64,000 bases of DNA, from NCBI RefSeq assembly GCF_018977255.1, contig NW_024704754.1, positions 4,712,001 to 4,776,000 on the forward strand, read 5' to 3'. How positions within the stretch are numbered: the first letter of the stretch is position 1; the number at the start of each line of letters is the position of its first letter. This DNA is from Callorhinchus milii. Taxonomy: Eukaryota. A model generated the notes under the pieces. That model saw only the letters and a list, made by a program, of their open reading frames with translations. It made no database searches and was not told where the DNA came from. Positions 54,701 to 64,000 of the stretch are shown piece by piece. The translations under genes and the position numbers were made by a program.

Positions 54701-56230
54701 AAATTAATGACGAACCTTAATGCGATCTATTCACATCTATAAAAAGGTTACAAGTATCCAGATTGTTAAGGGGGTTTCGTAAGCCATTCTTAGAGGTCTG
54801 TTGGGAAAAGAATCCTGAGTATTTTCTATAAGACCCAGAGTGATACCTCTTCCACTCTTCAAGTAGTCAGATTTTAGAGTTATTTATATGTTTCCCCCAT
54901 AATAAATGTACCTATTATAGAATTAAGGGGAAAGTGTATTCATCACTTCTTACATCTACGAACACACAGAACTACACATCACAGAAACAACAACAACAAC
55001 AAGATTCCATTTATAGAGCGCCTTTCACGTCAGGAGGACGTCCCAAGGCGCTGCACAGTTGGGTCATGAGACCCAACTCAGTCATGAGACCCAACTCAGA
55101 AAACTCAGTGATGAAATGCTTTGAGATGGTTCGATGTAACAAAGAGATAAGTACAAGGATTAGTGTTAGGAGTAGAGAAATGTCTACACTGAGTGTATTT
55201 GAACTGGTCGTTCACCTCATGGCTGTTTGTGGGATCTTGTCGAGCTCAAATTGGTTGCTTCATTCATCTACAAATACTACTAATAATAATAATCCTTGCA
55301 TTTAATACAGTGCCTTACCATGTTGTTGATTTGTATTAAAGCGCTTCACAAAATACATTGTAGAGTGGAGTGACTGTGCATTTTTTGTGGGCGAAAACAG
55401 TCACTGCAATTGCCTGTGAAGCAAGTGCCTTGAGATATTTTGATGTAACGAGGCCTGTATCAAACGCATGAAGTTTTTTTTGTATTCTGCACATCATAAG
55501 AAACTAACATACATAAGAAATGATAGACAAAAAAATACCAAGATCCATCGAGTTCGGCTTCCACCTTCCTAGCGGTTGCATGCACATATGTCCCAAACTA
55601 CCTACGTACTATTTCCCATAAGCTTAAAACGAGTATTTTTGTAATGGCGTGAAAACCCAAGATAACATTGAATTGGGCCAGCATTACCTTCACTGTATTT
55701 CACAGCATTAACGTGGCCAGGTCTGCTACTAAATCAACAGGTAGGTAGCTTACTGCTGGTGGTTACGTATAATGGCTTCTGCCTTAAAAAAGCTATTAAT
55801 CTTCGGGACTACAGTACATAGTGTATCCTGCAGTGAAATCTTGCCCTTGGACTGCGACCCAGACAATTGCTGTTTGTATGCAATTGATTTAACAAGATTG
55901 ATCAGAAAATTACAAAATGAACTTTTAGTGAATGATCAATCTTGAAATCACACCTAGTAGATGTTTTATGCTTATGAAGCTTTTATGCTGTCTCTTTGTT
56001 AGAGAACGAGGTGAATGCTCGGCACTCAGTTTATCTTTTATTGTGCTCGCTATCCCCCACTTGAACATAAAAACCTACAAGATCGTTCACTGAAACCAGA
56101 TTAGTTTTCTGACTTGAATCTAATGCTCAGCAAAATCAACTGCAGGTAAAATTTTCAATCAATTTATAAAGTAGTGCCTGATATTTCATTGTAAATGAAG
56201 TCAAATGTTTTACCGTTTGCTAATGACATG

Positions 56231-56553
56231 ATAATAATAATAATAATCCTTGCATTTGATATAGCGCTTTTCACGTCGGGAGGACGTCCCAAAGCGCTTC
56301 ACAGGACACACTGTGAAGTGAATTGACTGTATATTTGTGGGCGAACGCGGCAGCCAATTGCGCACAGCAATGTCCCACAAACAGTCGTAGATTGAAAATG
56401 ACCAATTTATTATTGTTTTTGGTTTTGGAGGGATTATTATTAGGCTCTGTGTGGAGTAAGGAAACTTGCCCAAGGTTTCGCCCTCTGCCTGGAATTGAAC
56501 TCAGGTCTCTCACTTGCAAAGCGAGTGCTCTAACCACTGAGCTACAGGACTCC
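56231..56553 (-). mobile_element. Young full-length SINE
   Basis: Short-subfamily SINE, reverse strand. Confidence 0.92.
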
Positions 56554-56609
56554 ACGATAAATAAAGGGATTGAAAAAGTCCTGTAAAAATAATAATAATT
56601 TGGTCACGC

Positions 56610-57066
56610 TGCCTCTGCCACTCCAATTACTACACCCTCCCCATCTCCTCCTCCCACCCCAGCCCCTACCCACCCCTCCCTCCACACCTTTTAACACGTC
56701 TCCCCTTCCTCTCTCATCACCGCCATAACCCATATGAAACCCACCACCTGCTCCCTGGATCCCACCCCTAGCCCCCTCCTTACCTCCCAGCTCCACCTCC
56801 TTGCCCCTCTACTCACTGATGTTGTTAACTCCCTGTCCTCTGGTACTGTTCCCACTCCTTTAAAAACCGCTGGCATCATTCCTATCCTTAAAAAAACCCT
56901 CCCTGGACCCTTCTCTACCCTTCCCCTTCTCTGGTCAAAGTGACAAATGACATTCTGTCCATTTGCGACCAGGGCTCCGTCTGCCTCCTCATCCTCTGCT
57001 GCTTTCGACACCATCGACCATTCTATCCTCATCCACCGCCTCTCCTCACCTCAACCTCTGTGGAAA
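56610..57066 (+). mobile_element. L2 LINE RT region, 5' piece (deleted and decayed), interrupted by the ERV
   Basis: MKPTTCSLDPTPSPLL..VVNSLSSGTVPTPLKTAGIIPILKK and SAAFDTIDHSILIHRL are typical L2 ORF2 RT motifs. Confidence 0.85.
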
Positions 57067-57457
57067 GTGAGGTAATGTTGTTGTTCTTTGGGCAATCGTA
57101 AAAGTTATAGAATAAGCAAAGACAATGAGACAAAACATGTTTTCGCATTTGGTGTAAGAATAGCTTTGTTTTGGTTTGCAACTATCAATGTATATGTTAT
57201 TGTGCTAAGGAACTCGGGACCCATATCTCTTTTCTGAAATAAACAGACATCCAATTTTGGAAAGTGGAACCTGTATAAAAGACAGATGTTGGTTTTATCT
57301 GGTGTGGAGGGAGGGGAGCAGTATCTTGAAAGAGTTATTGCTACTGCTCTGCACCTCATATATGAAATAAAGTGTTTTTTGATGTTTACCGCACTGACTC
57401 CGTGTTGAGTTTTTCAGGTCTTTAAGAGCAATTGCACATCGCAATCAGAATTTAACA
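57067..57457 (+). mobile_element. ERV 5' LTR
   Basis: TATAAAA at 57274-57280, AATAAA at about 57366, and a terminal ...TTAACA 3 nt before the PBS. The left boundary is uncertain by about 10 bp. Confidence 0.75.
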
Positions 57458-57460
57458 ATT

Positions 57461-57478
57461 TGGAGGTTCCACCGAGAT
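57461..57478 (+). promoter_or_regulatory. Retroviral primer-binding site, tRNA-Gln
   Basis: TGGAGGTTCCACCGAGAT is the 18-nt complement of the tRNA-Gln 3' end, as in endogenous gamma-like viruses. A probable major splice donor CAG|GTGAGC lies at about 57546. Confidence 0.9.
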
Positions 57479-58015
57479 CGAAAGACCGGGTTTTTCCCTT
57501 TGGCTTTCCACGGCTCTGCATTTATCAGCACAAACATCGTGCACAGGTGAGCATTCTTAACATTGTTTGTGTACGATACATGGTTGAGACGTGGTTGTCG
57601 AGGGTCCCCGACCTCTTCAATTTAAGGTGCAAAATTGCGATTTGTTAGACCTAAATGTTTCCAGGCGGTTTAGTACTATAAGGTATAGTATATGGATAAG
57701 ACGTCTTCTGGGAAGTCGGCTACTGGTGTTTCTGCCCGACACAGATAAAGTTATAATTCCGATCGGTTGTTTAAGTCGACTACGGGTTTGAGTCCCTAAT
57801 AAGGTTGTTTAATATTAAAGTTGTTTAATATTAAGGTTGATAAACTAAGGGTTTGAGTCCCTAATATTATAAGTGGTAATTGATAAGTTAGATGTCTTGA
57901 TAAGTTAAGATCTTGTATGTATAAGAAGTCGGCCGTTGAAGTTTAAGTCATTTAGATACTTGTTTGTATTTAAAGTGTGGTGGGCAGGCCATTTACTTCG
58001 TTATTAACAATCGTC

Positions 58016-59960
58016 ATGGGACAAACATTTAGCTCGACTCAAAAGGGAGATAAGGGCACCCCAGCTGCCTATATGGAAAGTCATTTTGGCCAGCACAGTG
58101 TTCGTTATTTACGGACCTGGACTAAATTAACTAAGGGCCAACCTTTTTCTTGGCCTCCAGACGGATCCTTTAATAAAGACCGTATTGCTGCTCTTCGGCA
58201 ACGGTCCATGCCAAATCTGAGCAAGGTGGGTGCAGTAATTGTGTCTGCAGAAAGCATAATATGACCCCCCAAATAGAAGCGCTTAATTTGTGGATTACTG
58301 AAAGTGAAAAACGACAGGCGCAGAGTGTTTTGGCAAGTCGACAAAACTCAGCAGCAAAGGTAATGGTGGCTCAGCAGCTAAGAAATAAGGCAGAAAAGGA
58401 AAGAGAGGAAGCTGAGGAAACTGTCCCTTTGACGGGTTATAATGAGGATGAAGAGTTGGCAATAGCAGCAGCTCTTGCAGCAACCGGTGTACGCCAATAT
58501 CATAATGTGGCCTCTGCCTCTACTTTGATGGGTTCCCCCACAAATATACGGACACCTCCAAGTAGTTCGGCTGTGTTCTCAGCTTCTTCGATGTCGACAA
58601 AGAGAGAGACTATAGGAGGACTGTCAACCATATCGGCTGCCCCCTCACCGGCTCACTCAATTCGCCTCTGTCCCCTATGGGACAATCGGACACGTTTGCT
58701 CCCATTAACCTGGGTCCACTGACAAGCACTCCCTATCCATCTTGTCCCATTCCTAACCCCTATCCCTCTGCTCCACCACCATATTCCTCGCCTACTGACA
58801 GCTCCTTACCAACAGAAGCCGTGAGCGACAGTGAACCATTAATGTTCCCTATGCGCGAATTTCCAGCCCCTATGGGGGGCACGATGGAAATTTACCGCCC
58901 ATGGACAGCCACTGAACTAAAAGATTTGATTTTGCAAACCCCCCTCCCAGATGTAGATTTTGTCAAGGCTGAAAGGGCATTGTCTATTATGCGTTTGTGT
59001 TGTAATCCTACTGTGACCGATTGGATTCTGTTTTTGGAAGCATGGTTGCCCCCTTCCAAGGGACACCACATGCTAAGAGAAATTAGGCATTGGTGTAATA
59101 ACCTTGTAGGAGATAGCACAAGGCCAGCCCCTGTGCAAATGTTCACAGCTATTATACAAATCTTGCACTATTTGTACCCCCAAACTTCTGATTGGACTAA
59201 AATTAGCGACTGTACTCAGAAGAAAGGAGAGTCTCTCGAGGATTATGTTGAGAGGTTTAGGAAAGTTTTCAAGCGCTATTCGGGAATTGAGAATGTGACT
59301 GCCAACCAGACGCCCTTTGTGGCAGCGTTTGTGGCAGGTCTTGAGAAAGAATTGCAAGACATGTTTAAGTCCTTATGTATCGGGTGGGAAGGCAACGTCA
59401 TGATAGAGTTAATGCCAACATTAAAGCATTGTTACAAGCAGCTTGAGGCGAAAAGGGAAAAAGAGAGTAAAGCGGCTTTTGAGATGGCAGTCTCTACCAT
59501 TGCTGGTGGGTTAACATCGGCAGCACAGGGGCTAAGCCCTATGTTGGCTACAGGCGCACAATTACCCGTCGCCACTAATGCACCTGTGCCTACCACCCCG
59601 GCCTTAAGTCAAGCCGCCGGAGGTATGAATACACAGATAAGAGGGTTTTGGAGGCGAAGAACGCGGGGACGAGGTCGGGGTAGAGGAGGTTACGGTAAAT
59701 GGGAAGGAGGTTATAATTCAGGGTACAATCACGGATATAGTCAACCAAACTATGGGCTGAATTGCCCTCCTGCTCCTCCGTCCCAGGCTGGAGGTCCTAA
59801 TCAGAATTGCTTCACCTGTGGAGCATATGGACATTGGTCCTGAGATTGCCCTAATAGGTACCAGGGACCTCAGGTCCAGTTTCAGCCCCAAGATAAAATT
59901 GTCTATGCACCTCAGGGTTTCCAACAGTCACAGTCTCAGTACCAAGCCCCAGCGCGCCAG
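58016..59960 (+). pseudogene. gag: Class I (gamma/epsilon-like) ERV gag, disrupted
   Basis: Myristoylation start MGQTFS, matrix WPPDGSF, late domains PSAPPPY, MHR CTQKKGESLEDYVERF and CCHC knuckle CFTCGAYGHWS*DC. Frameshifts near 58200 and 58670, and TGA at 59841-59843. No pro, pol, env or 3' LTR follows. Confidence 0.88.
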
Positions 59961-60018
59961 TTGCTTGCGATATCGGAAGGGCGCTGTCCGGCTACTGGTG
60001 TTTCTGCCCGACACAGAT

Positions 60019-60645
60019 CGTACCTCTCACACCGCCTGCACTACATCTCCTTAAGTGGCTTCTCTTCTAGCCCCCAGACCGTCTCGTGTGGCATTCTTCA
60101 GGGCTCTGTTCTTGGTCCCCTCCTCTTCAACATCTATATGCTCCCTCTTGGTGACATCATCCGCAGACATGGGGTCAACTTCCACATGTATGCGGATGAC
60201 ACCCAAATCTACCTCTCTGCCTCCATCCTTGACTCCAGGACCACTGCTGTCCTGACGAATGTCTGTCAGACATCAAGTCCTGGATGAGAGTTAAACTTTC
60301 TTCAGTTGAGCGTCAACAAGACTGAGGCCCTCCTGATTGGCTCCCCTCAGTGCCTCCACACCTCAGGCGCTGACAGTATCACCATCTATGGTTGCAACTC
60401 CACCTTACTAAGCCAGTAATCACCTTACTAAGCCACTAACTCCCTCCTACTTCTCCGACCTCCTAAACCACTACCATCCTGTTCGCTCCCTCCGCTCAGC
60501 GGGCTCCAGCCTGCTTCACGTCCCCCGCCTTACTCGCTCCACTATCGGCGGGTGGGCCTTCCGCCACTCTGCCCCCACCCTCTGGAACTCCATCCCGCAA
60601 TCCCTCCATCTTGCCCCATCCATTGCCACCTTCAAGACCCACCTT
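60019..60645 (+). mobile_element. L2 LINE RT core and 3' portion (continuation of 56610-57066)
   Basis: [47 protein letters not shown]. The L2 3' tail resumes after the SINE at about 60975-61105. Confidence 0.9.
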
Positions 60646-60647
60646 CA

Positions 60648-60970
60648 ATAATAATAATAATAATCCTTGCATTTGATATAGCGCTTTTCACGTCGGGAGG
60701 AAGTCCCAAAGCGCTTCACAGAACACACTGTAAAGTGAATTGACTGTATATTTGTGGGCGAACGCGGCAGCCAATTGTGCACAGCAATGTCCCACAAACA
60801 GTCGTAGATTGAAAATGACCAATTTATTATTGTTTTTGGTTTTGGAGGGATTATTATTAGGCTCTGCGTGGAGTAAGGAAACTTGCCCAAGGTTTCGCCC
60901 TCTGCCTGGAATTGAACTCAGGTCTCTCACTTGCAAAGCGAGTGCTCTAACCACTGAGCTACAGGACTCC
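60648..60970 (-). mobile_element. Young full-length SINE inserted into the L2 3'UTR
   Basis: Short-subfamily SINE with L2 sequence on both sides. Confidence 0.92.
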
Positions 60971-61695
60971 ACAAGAGTGCTTTCGATCACCCCCTACCCT
61001 CCCCACCCCGACCCTCAGTTCGGGTTCAAAACTCTATCTGTCCAACGCTTTGGGACGTCCTCCTGACCTGAAAGGCGCTATATAAATGTAATTTTTTTGG
61101 TGTTGTGTAAGGTGAGGCGTGTAAACTCACCCAAATTCCGATTCAAGTTTTATAACTGAATTCTATACATTATTAATTGTAGGGATGAGCAAACCAACTT
61201 TCTCCTTTGTTTTTAAGTGGATTAGAGGAGAATTGCAAAACTTATTGCGATTCAACCGATAAAAGTGAAATAAAACTAAAACTTGTGGCATTTTCAAACA
61301 AGCATCGCATAAAGTAACTTGTAAAATATTCAGCAGATTAGAAATGGGAAAGCGGTTTTGCTTTCTGACTGGGAGATTATAGGCTAAACGATTAAAGTCT
61401 GAGCAGAGAGAGGAGAGGGGGGTAAAGAGAAGTATTGTAAGATCATCATCAATAACAAATTATATTTGTTTAGCGCCTTTCACGTCGGGAGGACATCCCA
61501 GATCAGAATGGGAGGCAGAGTGAACCTATGGTATTGATGTTATTCCATTGACCGGAGATGGGATACTGTTAAGAGACTTTCACAGTGACACATTATCAAC
61601 AAATAAATTAACAACCAGATACTTTGTGGCTTTGCTGCACTTACTTGACACACACAGTAACTTGGTCTCACTGTAGATTTTGAGACTTCGATGCC

Positions 61696-61754
61696 TATTC
61701 CTCACTTGGAAGTAAAGATTCCAAATGTCAATCTTTACTTCCAAGTGAGGAATA
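61696..61754. repeat. Perfect 25-bp inverted repeat with a 9-nt loop
   Basis: TATTCCTCACTTGGAAGTAAAGATT-ccaaatgtc-AATCTTTACTTCCAAGTGAGGAATA. Confidence 0.95.
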
Positions 61755-62137
61755 TGCCAAAGGTCAATACGGCACAGAAAATCGGACACCCAGAAACAAT
61801 ATTCAATGAGATTTTCTGCTTTTTGTGAAGTCTGGCGACTTTGATGTTCAGCATTAAGATTGGAAAAATTCAATCAGAGGGTTTCACCCTCAAAGAATGA
61901 CTGGAGATAGCAGAGATATCTAACCAGACGGTTAACATGCATCTTATGAGTGATGTATAATAGGGCTTCCTAAACATACAAGACTAAGAGGGCAGAAAAT
62001 AGATTAGAGTTATGTGATGTTACAAGTGTGGTCTGTCACTGCAGGTAATAAACCTGTATTTTGCTTGGACATTTTGTGTTAACATTTCACCTTCGACTGC
62101 TCTCTCTCTCTCCCTCTCTTTCGAGACGAAGAATTGT

Positions 62138-62505
62138 GGAATCCTGTAGTGTGGTGGTTAAAGAGCACTCGCCTTGCGAGCGAATGGACCCAGCTTCAAG
62201 TCTGGGTGGGACAGGGCGAAACCTTAGGCAAGTTTCCTTACTCCACACACCTGTTTACCTCGCAGTAAGTAGGAACCTGCTTGTTAAGTCGATTGGTGGA
62301 TCGCTTTTCTGGGGATAACAATTCCTTCAAAATAAATAATAATGTGGTCACTCAATCCACGGCTGTTTGTGGGACATTGATGTGCTCAATTGACTGCCTT
62401 GTTTCTTCAATAAAATATAGTCACTACATTTTACAGTACATTCTGTGAAGCGCTTTGAGATGTCTAGAAGACGTGATAAGGCACTATATCAAATGCGAGG
62501 ATTAC
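62138..62505 (+). mobile_element. Full-length tRNA-derived SINE, older long subfamily
   Basis: Diverged tRNA head, body and L2-type tail. Confidence 0.85.
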
Positions 62506-64000
62506 TCGTTATTTTTGTTTTTGAGATAAAATGTATCAATCGGTGCACTTGAGTCATTTTTTCATGTCAGCTGCAAGTGTTTTACTGTGAGATTAGAGAT
62601 TTATTTAATGTGAGAACATTAGTGACCTGCAACTTGCAGGGCCTGTGGCTCCTGACATGAGCTGATATTGTAATGAGTACCAGGAAAGGCTTTCGACAGG
62701 AGGATGCCAATTGAAACATAAAAAAACTTTGCATTTGATATAGCACCTTGAAAAGGAAAGATTTTCAGGGCTATGGGGTAAGAGCGCGGGAGTGGGACTA
62801 GTTGGCAGCTCTTTCAAAGAGCGTGCAGACACGATGAGCCGAATGGCCTCCTTCTGTGCTGTGATAAGATATCTCAAAGTGCTTCACAGGATATACTGTG
62901 AAGTGTAGTGACATATGTATTTTGTGGGCGAAACCCATAAGAGTAGGCTACATGCTTGTGTGTGGTTAGATTTCCATTGGAGTCGATGTACAGTATTGAT
63001 ATTCACTTCTCCAAATATCTATTAAAACACTTTTTCCACTGATGACTTCTTAGCAAGAGTCGAGGCAAAAAGCTGTCGGCAGTGCTCAACCCAATACGTA
63101 CAAAAACTCCTTTGGTGATGGATGTTATGGGGCAAAAAACAATTTGGTCTAACAAAGAGAATCAGGCAAATCATACCAAACCTATAGCCTGGCAGCTACT
63201 GTGTCATTTGTCCAATTTCCTCACAGCTCGAGTGAATGAACGTTCAAACTGACACAAATCCAGTCTCACACCAAAATCCTTTCAAAAGGAGATGATGGTA
63301 AGAGCAAAGTTACAGAAAAAGCATTGCCTTGTTAATCAATGCAGGACAGAGTCAGTTATAAAAGCACAACTACTTTTGGGTTTGGATTAGTTTTCATTAG
63401 TATCATCCCATAGTTATTAAAGTCACGTCAAAGAGTGTGAGATATTAATAACAGCAATAAATAACCTGAAGTTCACTATAAAACTACATTTTGCTTTGTT
63501 TCAGAGACTTTTAGAGTTTTTGACCTGGGAGTTTCAGTTCAAATCACATCATTATTTCAATAATTTACAGGGATAACATTTATGCCAACAACCCAAGTGG
63601 ATTTTATTGACAATCACATTGTTGGGTCAAAAGTATTTATCACAGAAATATTCCTTTGTTAAAGCTGGCTTCACGTCAGTGCGAGGTTAGCAATTACCCG
63701 CTTGGGAACCAATATCTTCGAGGTTTGGAATTGAATACTTGCACTGCAAACAAAACATTTTAATGATACACACAGGACATGGCTGTTTACAGATGAATGT
63801 TTATTCCAATTGACCACTCTGGTAAGATACTGATTAAACACCACAGCAGACAGGAGGAGAGGTGATGTGTACTCATTGGCTCGGAATACTGTGTGAAATA
63901 TAATAACTAAAGACTCTATCCTGGTCTTAAAAACACCTGAGGTAAGAGAATCTCGTGAAATCATTTTATTGAGTAAAATGCCTTCTTCAGGCTCTCTTCC

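Noticed and set aside
56210-56586. Recurrent ORFs such as MGKFPYSTQSLIIIPPKPK and MESCSSVVRALALQ
   Set aside because: These are conceptual translations of the young SINE and recur wherever it is inserted.
59961-60287. Retroviral pol following gag
   Set aside because: The motifs (QGSVLGP, YADD) are non-LTR L2-type and continue the L2 piece upstream of the LTR. No protease, RNase H or integrase is present.
61100-64000. RNF44 3' end expected by synteny
   Set aside because: No RING-domain coding exon was recognised. The AT-rich sequence might be UTR, but the sequence alone does not support that.

Overview
This is eukaryotic vertebrate genomic DNA, not prokaryotic. The SINE/L2/CR1 content and protein divergence suggest a cartilaginous fish, probably a chimaera (inference). 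The window holds a compact, intron-containing gene block in the same order as human 5q35.2: SIMC1 (3' eight exons, +), KIAA1191 (-), ARL10 (+), NOP16 (-) and HIGD2A (+) as a bidirectional pair, CLTB (-, with the 54-nt neuronal exon) and FAF2/UBXD8 (+). Exon chains were traced by hand with GT-AG boundaries and consistent phases. Distal to FAF2 is a nested element: an L2 LINE interrupted by a truncated class I ERV (5' LTR, tRNA-Gln PBS, decayed gag) and by a young SINE. The most notable patterns are five. (1) Every CpG-island gene start carries its own minisatellite, and two unrelated ones are built on the same GTCACGTGG E-box. (2) Old repeats next to these promoters have drifted strongly AT->GC, which suggests long-lived promoter recombination hotspots. 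(3) The ERV gag runs in frame into the L2 RT core across a single TGA. (4) Two FAF2 splice donors have been duplicated. (5) There is a perfect 25-bp hairpin near 61.7 kb. Gene identities rest on recalled protein similarity and synteny; no database search was run.
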